Shown piece by piece: positions 19,738 through 30,337 of a stretch of DNA of 64,000 nucleotides. This stretch comes from Dehalococcoidia bacterium (GTDB lineage Bacteria > Chloroflexota > Dehalococcoidia > Bin125), in contig CAXXNO010000008.1 of the NCBI GenBank assembly GCA_963663235.2, positions 1 through 64,000 on the forward strand, written 5' to 3'. Position numbers and translations under genes: made by a program. Positions within the stretch are counted from its first letter, which is position 1; each line of letters starts with the position of its first letter. Under the pieces are notes generated by a model. The model was not told where the DNA came from. It searched no databases and worked only from the letters and a program-made list of their open reading frames with translations.

Positions 19738-22245
19738 CTAGTGCACGGCCTCCGCGCCCTCGATGTCCAGCCGCCCCGCCCGCTTCGCCAGCACTCGATG
19801 CTCCGGCGCTCGCAGGTTCGGGTCGCGGTCCAACATCCGCTCGGCGTGGTTCCGCGCTTTGAGCAGCAAGGCCTGGTCCGTCAACTTGGCCACCCGCAGG
19901 TCCGGCAGTCCCGACTGGCGCGTCCCGAAGTACTCGCCCGGTCCCCGCATCGCCAGGTCCGCCTCCGCTAGCTCGAAGCCGTCCGTCGTCCGCTCCATCA
20001 GGCTCAGCCGCTTCCGCCCGCTCTCGCTTTCGCTCTCGCTCAGCAGATAGCAGTACGACTGATGCGCGCTCCGCCCCACCCGCCCGCGCAACTGGTGCAG
20101 CTGCGATAGGCCGAACCGCTCCGCCCCCTCCACGACGATCACGGTCGCGTTCGGCACGTCCATCCCCACCTCCACCACCGATGTCGAGACCAGCATGTCC
20201 GCCCGCCTCGCCAGCAGGTCGGCCATCACGGTTTCCTTCTCGGCCCCCGACATCCTCCCGTGCAACAGCCGCATGCGATCCGCCAACGCTGGGAAGACCG
20301 CCGTCCGCAGCCGCTCGAACTCCTGCACCGCGGCCTTGGCCTCCACTGCATCGGACTCTTCCACCAGCGGGCAGATCACGAAGACCTGATGCCCCCGCGT
20401 GATCTCCTCCCGCACGCGCGCGTACACTTCGTCCCGCTCGTCGGGTCCTGCATACCGCGTCTCCACCGGCCGTCGCCCGGGCGGCATCTCGTCCAGCCGG
20501 GACACGTCCAGGTCGCCGTAGATCGTCAGCGCCAGCGTGCGCGGGATCGGCGTTGCTGTCATGACCAGGAGGTGCGGACTCTGCCCTTTGCCCCGCAGCG
20601 CGTCTCGTTGCAGCACCCCGAACCGATGCTGCTCGTCCACTACCGCCAACCCCAGCCGCTCGAACGCCACCCGCTCCTGGATCAGTGTGTGCGTCCCGAT
20701 GACCAGGTCCAGCTCACCGCCTTCCAGCGCCCGTTGCAATTCGCGCTTGCGGCTGGCGCTCACGCTGCCGGTGAGCAACGCGAGGCGCACCGGCCGCCCC
20801 AACGCGGGCGCCACGCTGTAGTCGTGGAAGATCGACCCTTCCGTGTCGCCGCCGAACAGCCGCTTGAAGGTGCGATGGTGCTGCTCGGCCAGGATCTCCG
20901 TGGGCGCCATCACCACCGTTTGGTAGCCCGCCGCGATTGCGCCCAGCACCGCCGCGGCTGCCACCACGGTTTTGCCGGAGCCCACGTCGCCTTGCAGCAG
21001 GCGCGCCATCGGCTCCTGCTGCGCGATGTCGCCGCGGATCTCGGTGATCGTGCGGATCTGCGCGTTGGTCAGTTGAAACGGCAGCGCATCCACGAACTGC
21101 TGCAGGAACTCTCCCCCCAGTTCGATGACCGGCGCGTCGCGCCGCTCCCGCGCCTCGCGCTTGCGCTGCAACACGGCCAGCTGGATCGCCAGCAACTCCT
21201 CGAACGCCAGCCGCTCCCGGCACGCCTCGCGCTGCTCCAGGCTCTCCGGGAAGTGCAGCCCCCGGATCGCTTCTTGGGCGCCCGGGTAGCCGGTCTCTTC
21301 GAGGATCTCCGGCGGCAGCGACTCCGGCGCAAGCGACAGGTACCGATCGACGGCGGCGCGCGCCAGCCGCCGCACCGTCCGCCCCGGCAGTCCCTGCGTG
21401 AGCGGGTAGATCGGCACGTACCGGCCGACGTGCGTCCCTCCTTCGTCGCCCCCTTCGTCCAGCAACTCCCACTCGGGGTTGTCGAACTGCAGCCGCTTTC
21501 GATACGCGCTGACCTTGCCCGCCAGCCCGATCCGCGCTCCGATCTGGAACTGCTTGGCCAGGAACGTTTGGTTGAACCAGAGGGCGCGGATGCGCCCGCT
21601 CGCGTCTTCGATCACCGCCTCCGTGCCCCGCATCCGGCGCCCCAGGAACGCTACCCGCGCGCTCTGCACCGTCCCCACGACGGTCGCCTCCTCGCCCACC
21701 ACGAGCGCGGCGATCGCCTTGACGTTCGTGAAGTCGGCGTGGCGGTGGGGGAAGTACCACAGCATGTCGCCGGCCGTTCGCAGCCCTACCCGCTCTAGCT
21801 TCTGGATGGTCGTTGCGCGCACCCGCCCCAGCGTGCCGATCGGGCTCTCCAGCCCGCCGCCCGTTGCCGGCGGGGGACGGGCGGCGCGACGGGTCGGCGC
21901 GGCCTTGGGCCGAGGCCGGCTGCGGCTCCCCGTCGGCCGCGACGCGGGATCCAACTGGCTGCGAACGTGCCGCTCCCACGCCGACCGTTCGCGCGGACTG
22001 AGCGACCCGTAGCCGCTCTTGGGCAGCGCCGCCACGGCCTGGAACAGCGCGCTGCCCGGCGCCGCCCGCCCGATCGCGCTTCGCAGGAAGGCGTCCAGTC
22101 CCCCGGCAGCGGCGCTGTCGTTGAAGCGCCGCTGCCGCTCCAGGTCCAGCACCTTCAGCAGGACGATGGTCGCGTCCTCGCCTCCCGGCCCGGCCGCTGA
22201 TTTCGTCGCTTTGGCTCGGCCCGTGGTCGTTCGGTCTGCGCTCAT
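19738..22245 (-). CDS. recG: ATP-dependent DNA helicase RecG
   Basis: QGDVGSGKT, DEQHRFGV, TATPIPRTL, QLRGRVGR, TDGFELAEADL. Confidence 0.97.
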   Translation of the reverse strand: MSADRTTTGRAKATKSAAGPGGEDATIVLLKVLDLERQRRFNDSAAAGGLDAFLRSAIGRAAPGSALFQAVAALPKSGYGSLSPRERSAWERHVRSQLDPASRPTGSRSRPRPKAAPTRRAARPPPATGGGLESPIGTLGRVRATTIQKLERVGLRTAGDMLWYFPHRHADFTNVKAIAALVVGEEATVVGTVQSARVAFLGRRMRGTEAVIEDASGRIRALWFNQTFLAKQFQIGARIGLAGKVSAYRKRLQFDNPEWELLDEGGDEGGTHVGRYVPIYPLTQGLPGRTVRRLARAAVDRYLSLAPESLPPEILEETGYPGAQEAIRGLHFPESLEQREACRERLAFEELLAIQLAVLQRKREARERRDAPVIELGGEFLQQFVDALPFQLTNAQIRTITEIRGDIAQQEPMARLLQGDVGSGKTVVAAAAVLGAIAAGYQTVVMAPTEILAEQHHRTFKRLFGGDTEGSIFHDYSVAPALGRPVRLALLTGSVSASRKRELQRALEGGELDLVIGTHTLIQERVAFERLGLAVVDEQHRFGVLQRDALRGKGQSPHLLVMTATPIPRTLALTIYGDLDVSRLDEMPPGRRPVETRYAGPDERDEVYARVREEITRGHQVFVICPLVEESDAVEAKAAVQEFERLRTAVFPALADRMRLLHGRMSGAEKETVMADLLARRADMLVSTSVVEVGMDVPNATVIVVEGAERFGLSQLHQLRGRVGRSAHQSYCYLLSESESESGRKRLSLMERTTDGFELAEADLAMRGPGEYFGTRQSGLPDLRVAKLTDQALLLKARNHAERMLDRDPNLRAPEHRVLAKRAGRLDIEGAEAVH

Positions 22246-23084
22246 CACGCGCGCCGCAAGATCACGGCCCCCATTGCCCCCGGCCCCGTGTGCACGCCGA
22301 TCACCGGGTTGCACTGCCGCACCACCACCTCGACACCTGGCAACGCGTCGCGGCACCGCGCCGCCAGGTCCGCCGCCTCGTTTGGGGTTGTGCCGTGGAG
22401 AATCGCGACCCGCTCGGGCTCCGGCGTGTGCGTGGTGAGCTCAAAGAGCCGCTCCGTCGCCAGCCGCCGCGTGCGCGGCCGCTCCAACGGGCCCACTTCG
22501 CCGTCCCGAACCTCCAACACTGGCTTCGTTTTCAGCAGCGTCCCCAGAAACGCGCGCGCCCGGCCGATGCGTCCGCCTTTTTGCAGGTATTCCAGCGTGT
22601 CGACGAAGAGCAGCAGCCGGGAGCGCGCCGCCGCCCCCCGCGCGGCCTCCGCCACCGCCGCCATGTCCCCCCCGGCCTCCGCCTCCTCCGCTGCGGCCAG
22701 CGCCGCGAAGCCCAGCGCCATCGACGCTGTCTGCGAATCGACCACCTCCACCGGCGCCGACCCCTCCGCCAGCAGCGACGCCGCCTGCCGCGCCGCGTTC
22801 GCCGTCCCCGACATCTTGCTGCCGATGTGGACCGACACGATCCCCTCCGCCTCCCCCAGCCCCTCGTACGCTTCCTTGAACGCCGCCGGCGACGGCTGCG
22901 ATGTCCCTGGCAGCACCTTGCTGCCAGGGAGCCGCTCGTAGAACTCGTCCTTGCTGATGTCCACCCCGGAGCGGTAGCTCTCGCTCCCGAAATGGATCGT
23001 CAGCGGCACCACGGTGATGCCGTGCCGCTCTACCTCGGCCGCTTCGAGATCGGCTGTGGAATCGGTGACGATGCGAATCGTCAT
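22245..23084 (-). CDS. DegV family fatty acid-binding protein (FakB)
   Basis: IVTDSTAD, TSQPSP, LEYLQKGGRIG, HTGPGA. Confidence 0.94.
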   Translation of the reverse strand: MTIRIVTDSTADLEAAEVERHGITVVPLTIHFGSESYRSGVDISKDEFYERLPGSKVLPGTSQPSPAAFKEAYEGLGEAEGIVSVHIGSKMSGTANAARQAASLLAEGSAPVEVVDSQTASMALGFAALAAAEEAEAGGDMAAVAEAARGAAARSRLLLFVDTLEYLQKGGRIGRARAFLGTLLKTKPVLEVRDGEVGPLERPRTRRLATERLFELTTHTPEPERVAILHGTTPNEAADLAARCRDALPGVEVVVRQCNPVIGVHTGPGAMGAVILRRA

Positions 23085-23137
23085 CGGCCCTGCAATTGTT
23101 TGACTGCTTACGCCGTTGAGTCGCCTGCCGCCTCAGC

Positions 23138-24775
23138 CTACTCCAGTGACGCCAGGTACGGGTAGTGCGGTTGTCCCCCGATCACGATCTCCACCTCCAG
23201 GCCCTCGGCCGCGCCTTCGGCCAGGCGCGACGCCGCGGCCTCGGCCTCGGCTTCGTCCACCCGCTCCCCCGCGTACACGGTGAGGAGGGTGCCCTCCGGC
23301 TTCCGCTTTCGCATGGTGGCGACCAGCTCCGCCAGCGCTCCCTCCACCGTTTCCGCTGCGCAGACGATCTCTCTCTCCACGAGGGCGAACGGTTGGCCTG
23401 GGCGCAGCGGGACCGGCGCGCTGACGGCGCGCGCGGCCCACGTCACCGCTCCTGTGAGGACGCTGTCGGCGGCTTCGCCCATGCGTCGCGCGGCCTCTTC
23501 GGCCGGGGCCGTCCGGTCCAGCGCCAGCAGCGCGGCGACGCCCTGCGGCATGCTCGTGGTCGGCGTCACGTGGATGCGCACTCCCTCGCTGAGCGCGGCC
23601 GCCTGCTCGGCCGCCGGCACGACGTTGACGTGGTCCGGCAGCAGAATCACGTCGCGCGCGTGCGTCCCGCGCGCGGCCTCCAGCAGACTCTCGGCGCTGG
23701 GGTTGAACGTCTCCCTTCCGTCGACGATCGTCGCTGCCCCTAGCTCCCGCAGCAGCCGCGTGAACCCCTCGCCCGACGCCACTGCGACCACTGCCGGCCC
23801 TGCCGCCTCGGCCGTTCGCGACACCAGCGCCCCGTGCTGCGCGTGCATGTCCTCCGCCTTGCGACTCTCCACCTGCCCTTGCCGCTCGCCGGCCCGATAC
23901 GCTGCTTCCGGTTCGGTGGTGTGGACGTGGGCGTGTGCGGTGCCCGTGTCCCCCACCACGATGACCGAGTCGCCGATGGCCCCCAGCTCGACGCGCAATC
24001 CCTCTACGTCGATCTCCGCTCCCACCACGTTGAACTCTGTGCAGAAGCCGTAACGTCCCTCCGCCGCGCTCGTCTCGGCCCGGACGAGCCAGCTCGGGTC
24101 GATCCGCCCCGCGTCGGTCGACGCCTGCGGCAGCGCCTCGCCCCGCAGGCTGTACACCAACCCTTCCAGCAGGAGCGCCAGACCCCGGCCTCCGGCGTCC
24201 ACCACGCCGGCCTCCGCCAGCAGGGGCATCTGCTCCGGCGTCTTGGCCACCGCTTCGTTCGCCAGCGCGAGCGCGTGCTCGATCACGTCGACGGGTGTGG
24301 CGCTCGGGTCCAGCTCCGGGTCCAGTTCGGCGCTTGCCCGCGCGACCGTGATCATCGTCCCTTCCCGCGGCTCGGCCATCGCGCCGCTGGCCGCCTGCGC
24401 CGCCGATCCCAGCGCCACTCCGATAGCGCGGCCGTCGGCCTCCGCGACCCCGTCTAGGCTGGCCGCCAGCCCTCGGAACCACTGCGACAGGATCACGCCG
24501 GAGTTGCCACGCGCCCCCAGCAGCGCCCCTCGCGCTGCTGCTGCGGCGGACTCGCTCAGCGCCGGGTTCGGGCCCAGCCCCTCCATCTCCGCCACGGTTG
24601 TCCGCAACGTCAGCGTCATGTTCGTGCCCGTGTCGCCGTCCGGCACGGGGAAGACGTTGATCGCGTCTACGGCCGCCGCGTTCTGCTCCAGCCAGCGCGC
24701 GGCCGTTGCGATGGCCGCGGCCAGGCTCGCCCCGGAGAGGCGCGCCTCCGCGCTGGCTTTCGGTTCCCTAGGCAT
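23138..24775 (-). CDS. DAK2-domain fatty acid kinase (FakA/YloV-like)
   Basis: NVFPVPDGDTGTNM, GARGNSGVILSQ, VVDAGG, GGQPHYPY. Confidence 0.94.
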   Translation of the reverse strand: MPREPKASAEARLSGASLAAAIATAARWLEQNAAAVDAINVFPVPDGDTGTNMTLTLRTTVAEMEGLGPNPALSESAAAAARGALLGARGNSGVILSQWFRGLAASLDGVAEADGRAIGVALGSAAQAASGAMAEPREGTMITVARASAELDPELDPSATPVDVIEHALALANEAVAKTPEQMPLLAEAGVVDAGGRGLALLLEGLVYSLRGEALPQASTDAGRIDPSWLVRAETSAAEGRYGFCTEFNVVGAEIDVEGLRVELGAIGDSVIVVGDTGTAHAHVHTTEPEAAYRAGERQGQVESRKAEDMHAQHGALVSRTAEAAGPAVVAVASGEGFTRLLRELGAATIVDGRETFNPSAESLLEAARGTHARDVILLPDHVNVVPAAEQAAALSEGVRIHVTPTTSMPQGVAALLALDRTAPAEEAARRMGEAADSVLTGAVTWAARAVSAPVPLRPGQPFALVEREIVCAAETVEGALAELVATMRKRKPEGTLLTVYAGERVDEAEAEAAASRLAEGAAEGLEVEIVIGGQPHYPYLASLE

Positions 24776-24857
24776 GCTGGTACGATGCTACAGCGCGCCA
24801 CCGGCGCGTTTCGTCTTGATCGGCTCGCGCTGCGGCCGATCGCGGGAGGGAGCGACG

Positions 24858-25073
24858 GTGCCCGCCATCTGCGAGCTCTGCAACAAACGTCCCTCGTTCG
24901 GCCGCAACATTCGCCACAAGCATTCCGGGCGCTGGCAGCGCAAGGCCCCGCGGACGTCCCGCATGTTCAAGCCCAACATCAAACGACGTCACTTTGTCGT
25001 CGACGGCAAGTCCGTCTCCGTGAACGTCTGCACCGGCTGCCTGCGCACGATGCTCAAGCACCAGAGCAAGTAG
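24858..25073 (+). CDS. rpmB: 50S ribosomal protein L28 (Zn-binding CxxC...CxxC type)
   Basis: GTG start after GGAGGG; CELCNKRPSFGRNIRH...FKPNI...VCTGCLR; divergent from DAK2 as usual. Confidence 0.92.
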   Translation: MPAICELCNKRPSFGRNIRHKHSGRWQRKAPRTSRMFKPNIKRRHFVVDGKSVSVNVCTGCLRTMLKHQSK

Positions 25074-25108
25074 CGGTTTCCTTCCCCCCGCCGAACGACG
25101 TCCCGTTT

Positions 25109-25190
25109 CCTCCCCCTCTCCATCGCTTGCGATGGAGAGGGCCTGTCCTGAGCTTGTCGAAGGGTCGAAGGAGGGCCAGGGGGTGAGGTT
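25109..25190. repeat. Composite REP-like element (CCCTCTCCATCG hairpin with nested CCTGAGCTTGTCGAAGG)
   Basis: Sequence identity to other copies in window. Confidence 0.85.
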
Positions 25191-25199
25191 CCACGCCCC

Positions 25200-25871
25200 T
25201 CACCCCGCCTCGATCGCGGCCCGCAGCCTGGCAATCGCCGCGCCCACCGACTCGCGACCGTTGAACACCGCCGATCCGGCCACCAGCATGTCCGCCCCCG
25301 CCGACACCACGGCGCCCGCCGTCTTCTCGTTGATGCCCCCGTCTACCTCCAGCGTGGCCTCGCTGTCGATGCCGTCCAGCATCTCCCGCACGACCCGCAG
25401 CCGCTCCAGCGAACGATGGATGAACTCCTGCCCGCCCCAGCCTGGGTTGACGCTCATGATCAGCACGTGGTCTACGTCGGGCAGGATGTCGTGCAGCGTC
25501 CCCACGCTCGTCCCCGGGTTGAGCGACACCCCCGCCCGCACGCCCAGCGCCTTGATCTCTTGCACTGCTCGGTGCAGGTGCGGGCTCGCTTCTACGTGCA
25601 CGATCACCGTAGCCGCCCCCGCTTCCACGAACGCCTCCACCTGTCGCTCCGGCCGCTCGATCATCAGGTGCGCGTTGATCGGCAGCCGCGTGACCCGCCC
25701 CAGCGCTTCGACGATCAGCGGCCCCATCGTGATCTGCGGCACGAAGCGACCGTCCATCACGTCTACGTGGATCACGTCCGCCCCCGCCGCCTCCGCCTCC
25801 TGCACCTGCTCGCCCAGCCGCGCGAAGTCCGCCGCAAGGATCGACGGCGCGATCCGTACCGCGCGCGTCAT
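25200..25871 (-). CDS. rpe: Ribulose-phosphate 3-epimerase
   Basis: IAPSILAADF, HVDVMDGRFVP, MSVNPGWGGQ, EVDGGI. Confidence 0.96.
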   Translation of the reverse strand: MTRAVRIAPSILAADFARLGEQVQEAEAAGADVIHVDVMDGRFVPQITMGPLIVEALGRVTRLPINAHLMIERPERQVEAFVEAGAATVIVHVEASPHLHRAVQEIKALGVRAGVSLNPGTSVGTLHDILPDVDHVLIMSVNPGWGGQEFIHRSLERLRVVREMLDGIDSEATLEVDGGINEKTAGAVVSAGADMLVAGSAVFNGRESVGAAIARLRAAIEAG

Positions 25872-27313
25872 GCGCTCCCTCCTCGCTGCTCCGCCGCCTT
25901 CAGTCGGGATCGGGCCTCGCGCAGCGCCTGCTTGACCCGCGCCGGGGCCGTGCCCCCGGGGACGTCCCGCGCCGCCAGGGCTTGCTCCACGGTCATCCCT
26001 GCCGCGTCCGCTTCGAATAGCGGCTGCGCTTCCTGCAGCTCCGCCGGCGAGAGATCCGGCAACGCGCGCCCCTTCGCTTCGCACGCGCGCACCAGCTCGC
26101 CCACCACTCGGTGCGCTTCGCGAAACGGCAGCCCTTTGCGGCTCAGGTAGTCGGCGTAATCGGTGGCCAGGATGAACGGGTCGCCGTCCACTGCCGCCCG
26201 CGCCCGCTCTCCGTCGATGCAGGCGCTCGCCACTGCCCCCGCCAGCGCCTCCAGTGTCCCGTTCAGCGTCTCGACTGTGTCGAACAGCCCCGGCTTGTCT
26301 TCTTGCAGGTCGCGGTTGTAGGCCAACGGCAGCCCTTTCAAGGTGGTCAGCAGCCCCATCAGATGGCCCACGACACGCCCCGTCCTCCCGCGCGCCAGTT
26401 CGGCCACGTCGGGGTTCTTCTTCTGCGGCATGATCGAAGAGCCCGTGGCGTAGGCGTCGTCGAACCGCAGGAACCCGAACTCCGCGCTGCTCCACAGGAT
26501 CAGCTCTTCGCTCAGCCGCGACGTATGCACCAGCGTGATCGCGGCCGCGGCCAGGTATTCCAGGATGGTGTCGCGGTCGCTCACCGCGTCGATGCTGTTG
26601 CGCGAGATCGCCGTGAAGCCCAGCTCCCGCGCTACTGCTTCGCGGTCCAGCGCGTAGCCGGCGCCGGCCAGCGCTGCGCTGCCTAGCGGCATGACGTCGG
26701 CGCGCCGCCGCGCGTCGCGGAAGCGATCCGCGTCTCGATCGAGCATCTCGAAATACGCCAGCAGATGATGCGCCAGCAGCACGGGTTGCGCTCGCTGCAG
26801 GTGGGTGTAGCCGGGCATGTAGACGTCGCGATGCCGCTCCGCCTGCTCCAGCAGCGACCCCTGCAACCCGCGCACCGCCGCGATCGTTTGGTCAATCGCC
26901 TCGCGCAGGTAGAGCTGCACGTCCAGCGCGACCTGGTCGTTGCGGGAGCGCCCGGTGTGCAGCCGCCCCGCCGCCTCTTCACCGATGATCTCGGCCAGCC
27001 GCGCTTCCACGTGCGTATGGATGTCTTCTTGCTCGGCGCGCAGCTCCAACGCCCCCGCCGAAATTTCGCCCTCCACTTGATCGAGCCCGCGCAGGATCGC
27101 CGCCGCGTCGCTCTCGCCGATGATCCCCTGCTGCCCCAGCATCCGCGCGTGCGCCCGTGACCCGGCGATGTCGTGCCGGTACAGCGCTACGTCGATCTCG
27201 ATCGACGCCGTATACGCCTGCACTGCCGCGGCGGGCTCCCGCTCGAAGCGGCCGCCCCACGTCCGTTGCTGCTTTTTGTCTTTGCTGGACTCGTTCGCTG
27301 CCATCATGTCCAT
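25868..27313 (-). CDS. argH: Argininosuccinate lyase (start uncertain among several ATGs)
   Basis: WGGRF, HTGRSRNDQ, PGYTHLQRAQP, GSSIMPQKKNPD. Confidence 0.96.
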   Translation of the reverse strand: MDMMAANESSKDKKQQRTWGGRFEREPAAAVQAYTASIEIDVALYRHDIAGSRAHARMLGQQGIIGESDAAAILRGLDQVEGEISAGALELRAEQEDIHTHVEARLAEIIGEEAAGRLHTGRSRNDQVALDVQLYLREAIDQTIAAVRGLQGSLLEQAERHRDVYMPGYTHLQRAQPVLLAHHLLAYFEMLDRDADRFRDARRRADVMPLGSAALAGAGYALDREAVARELGFTAISRNSIDAVSDRDTILEYLAAAAITLVHTSRLSEELILWSSAEFGFLRFDDAYATGSSIMPQKKNPDVAELARGRTGRVVGHLMGLLTTLKGLPLAYNRDLQEDKPGLFDTVETLNGTLEALAGAVASACIDGERARAAVDGDPFILATDYADYLSRKGLPFREAHRVVGELVRACEAKGRALPDLSPAELQEAQPLFEADAAGMTVEQALAARDVPGGTAPARVKQALREARSRLKAAEQRGGSA

Positions 27314-27410
27314 TCGCGCGCCCCCCACGCTGACACGACGCTTCACTCATCGACGCACCGCCCCCGCGGCGCTGGCGCCGCGCGCGGCCGCGTGCCGGGT
27401 TGCAAGTACT

Positions 27411-27758
27411 TTAGCGGAGCCCGGCTTCGGCGAGGATGTCGTCGATAACAGCCGGGTCGATGTGGCTGGCGCGCACGGTCAGGATCGCCGGGATCTCCTG
27501 GCCCTCCGCTAGGCGCTCCCGATAGAGGTGGCTCGCCAGCGCACGCAGCAGCGCCTGCACCGACTCGTCGCTCAGGGCGCTCGCCTTCGCTTCGAACAGC
27601 TCACGGGCGTCCAGCGCCAGCCGCAGGTCCAACTCCAGCGCTGGCTGGCGGGGCCGGCTGAGCAAGAAGGTCGCGGCGTCGTAGCCCCCGAACGTAATCG
27701 ACGGCCCCTCGTACGCGATCTCGATCTCTTCGGTGTCGCTATCCGCGGAGGTGGTCAT
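27411..27758 (-). CDS. Hypothetical protein within arg operon
   Basis: 115-aa acidic ORF, typical codon usage, 6 bp downstream of argG. Confidence 0.6.
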   Translation of the reverse strand: MTTSADSDTEEIEIAYEGPSITFGGYDAATFLLSRPRQPALELDLRLALDARELFEAKASALSDESVQALLRALASHLYRERLAEGQEIPAILTVRASHIDPAVIDDILAEAGLR

Positions 27759-27764
27759 GGCGCG

Positions 27765-29012
27765 CTAGTCGCTGCTCTCCTCGGCCGCCATCTGCAACAG
27801 CCCGCCCGGCTGCTCCAACAACTGGCTCTGCGCTTGCACCCGCACGGGCAGGCCCCAGATGTAGATGAACCCCCGCGCGGCGCTCTGCTCGTACTGATCG
27901 CCTTCATCATAAGTAGCCAGCCTGCGCTGATACAAACTGCGCGGGCTGCTCCGCCCCACGGCGGTGGCGCTGCCTTTGTGCAGGCGCAGCCGCACGATCC
28001 CGCTGACGTGCCGTTCCGTCGATCGCACGTACGCTGCCAGGTCCTGGTGGTGCGCGGTGAACCACAGGCCGTTGTAGATGAGGTCCGCGTAATCCTGCGC
28101 CACCCGCTGATTGAACCGCTGTTGCTCTTTGGACAGCGTCAGCGCTTCCAGCGCTTGGTGCGCCTCCAGCAGCGCCACGGCCGCCGGCGCTTCGTAGATC
28201 TCGCGCGATTTGATCCCCACCAGGCGGTTCTCCACCATGTCGATCCGGCCCACCCCGTGCCGCCCGGCGATTGCGTGCACGCGCTCGATCAGGCGCACCG
28301 GCTCCTCTTCCTGCCCGTCCAGCGACACGGGCAGCCCCCGCTCGAACTCCACCTCCACGTATTCCGGCTCCTCCGGCGCTTCGGAGACGGGCCGCGTCCA
28401 GTGGTAGATCGCTTCCGGTGGCTCCAGCCAAGGATCCTCCAGCGCCCCCGCCTCGATCGACCGGCCCCACAGGTTCTCGTCCACGGAGTACGGGCTCTCG
28501 TGCGTTTCCCGGATTGGGATCTTGTGCTCCTGCGCGTACGCGATCTCGGCCGTGCGGGTGGTCAGCTCCCACTCCCGCACCGGCGCGACGATCTCCAGGT
28601 CGGGCGCCAGCGCGGCCACCGACACGTCGAAGCGCACTTGGTCGTTGCCCTTGCCCGTGCATCCGTGCGCCACCGCGCTCGCCCCCTCCTCGCGCGCCAC
28701 GTCCACCAGCAGCTTGGCGATGAGCGGGCGCGCCAGCGCGGTGGCCAGCGGGTAGCGCCCTTCATATAGCGCGCCCGCTGCCAGGGCCGGGTAGATGAAC
28801 GAGCGCGCGAAGACCTCCTTGGCGTCCGCGACCACCAGGCGGCTGGCGCCGGCCGCGAGGGCGCGCCGCTCCCGCTCCGGGTCCTCGCCCAGGAAGCCCA
28901 CGTCCACCGTCAGGCAGACGACCTCCCACCCCTGCTCGACGAGCCAGCGCGTCGCTACCGACGTGTCCAGGCCGCCGCTGTACGCGAGGACGACCTTCTT
29001 GCTGCGGCTCAT
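27765..29012 (-). CDS. argG: Argininosuccinate synthase
   Basis: LAYSGGLDTS, HGCTGKGNDQVRF, ENRLVGIKSREIYE. Confidence 0.97.
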   Translation of the reverse strand: MSRSKKVVLAYSGGLDTSVATRWLVEQGWEVVCLTVDVGFLGEDPERERRALAAGASRLVVADAKEVFARSFIYPALAAGALYEGRYPLATALARPLIAKLLVDVAREEGASAVAHGCTGKGNDQVRFDVSVAALAPDLEIVAPVREWELTTRTAEIAYAQEHKIPIRETHESPYSVDENLWGRSIEAGALEDPWLEPPEAIYHWTRPVSEAPEEPEYVEVEFERGLPVSLDGQEEEPVRLIERVHAIAGRHGVGRIDMVENRLVGIKSREIYEAPAAVALLEAHQALEALTLSKEQQRFNQRVAQDYADLIYNGLWFTAHHQDLAAYVRSTERHVSGIVRLRLHKGSATAVGRSSPRSLYQRRLATYDEGDQYEQSAARGFIYIWGLPVRVQAQSQLLEQPGGLLQMAAEESSD

Positions 29013-29043
29013 CGGCAGCTCCGCCTCTCCTCCGCTGCGGCGC

Positions 29044-30237
29044 CTAGGACCCCTCCGCCACGGCGGTCAGCGCGGCGTCCAGGATCTCCGCGACGTGGTC
29101 CAGATCCTCTTCGGCGATCGTCAGCGGTGGCGCCAGTCGGATCACGTTCGCCTTCAGGTTGCTGCACAGCAGCCCCCGCTCGCGGCAGGCGCTCACCACC
29201 TCCGCGGCGATCTCCTCGCCGAACTCGATGCCGATGAGCAGCCCTTGCCCCCGCACCTCCGCGATCGCCGGATGCCGGTCTTCCAGCGATCGCAGCTTGG
29301 CGCTCAGGTGCTCGCCCTTGGCCGCTGCTTGCGCCGGGATCTCCTGCTCAATCAACGTCCGCACCACGGCCAGCGCCACCGCCGTCATCAGCGGCTGCCC
29401 CCCGAATGTCGTGCCGTGGTCCCCTGGCTCGAAAACGGCCAGCTCCTCGCTGGCCATGAACGCCCCGATCGGTACCCCGCTCCCCAGCCCCTTCGCCAGC
29501 GCCAGCAGGTCCGGCTTGATCTCCCCGTGCTCGTAGCCGAACATCCGCCCCGTCCGGCCGAATCCGGTCTGCACTTCGTCGATGATCAACGCAATCCGCT
29601 GGTCGTCGCACAGCCGCCGCACGGCGGGCAGGTACGCCGGATCGGGCACGTTGACCCCGCCCTCTCCTTGCACCGTCTCCAGCATGATCGCGCACGTGCG
29701 ATCGTTGACCGCCCGCCGCAACGCTCCGATGTCGTTGTAGCGGACGTGGATGAACCCGGGCGGGAGCGGCTGGAACGGCTCACTGTACTTGGGCGTCCCC
29801 GTCGCGGTCACCGTCGCCAGCGTGCGGCCGTGGAAGGACTGCTCCATCGAGATGATCTCGTAGGCTCCGTTCTTCTGCTGCCGTCCCCATTTCCGCGCCA
29901 GCTTGATACAGCCTTCGTTCGCCTCCGCCCCGCTGTTGCAGAAGAACACCCGCTGCAGCCCGGTCTGCTCCACCAGCAGCTCCGCCAGCTCCAGCTGCGG
30001 CAGCGAGTAGAAGTAGTTCGACACCTGGATCAGCTGCGCCGCCTGCGTCGTCAGCGCCTCCACGACGGCCGGGTGGCTGTGACCCAGCGACAGCGAGGCG
30101 ATCCCCGCCACGCAGTCCAGGTACTCCTTGCCGCTGTCGTCCCACACCCGCGATCCCTGCCCGCGCACCAGCGTGACCGGCTGGCGCTTGGCGGTGTGGA
30201 AAAAGACGGCGGCCTCGCGCTCGGCGATGGTGGCCAT
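29044..30237 (-). CDS. argD: Acetylornithine aminotransferase
   Basis: NSGAEANE, FHGRT, VQGEGG, DEVQTG, AKGLGSG, HGTTFGG. Confidence 0.94.
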   Translation of the reverse strand: MATIAEREAAVFFHTAKRQPVTLVRGQGSRVWDDSGKEYLDCVAGIASLSLGHSHPAVVEALTTQAAQLIQVSNYFYSLPQLELAELLVEQTGLQRVFFCNSGAEANEGCIKLARKWGRQQKNGAYEIISMEQSFHGRTLATVTATGTPKYSEPFQPLPPGFIHVRYNDIGALRRAVNDRTCAIMLETVQGEGGVNVPDPAYLPAVRRLCDDQRIALIIDEVQTGFGRTGRMFGYEHGEIKPDLLALAKGLGSGVPIGAFMASEELAVFEPGDHGTTFGGQPLMTAVALAVVRTLIEQEIPAQAAAKGEHLSAKLRSLEDRHPAIAEVRGQGLLIGIEFGEEIAAEVVSACRERGLLCSNLKANVIRLAPPLTIAEEDLDHVAEILDAALTAVAEGS

Positions 30238-30337
30238 GAAAGGTGCTCCCTCTCTCGACGGCGCCGTCGCCGCTGCCAAACATATCCAGCCGCTCATCCG
30301 GCAGCAAGGCGCCACTCCGTTCGCCCTCAGCCTACCC

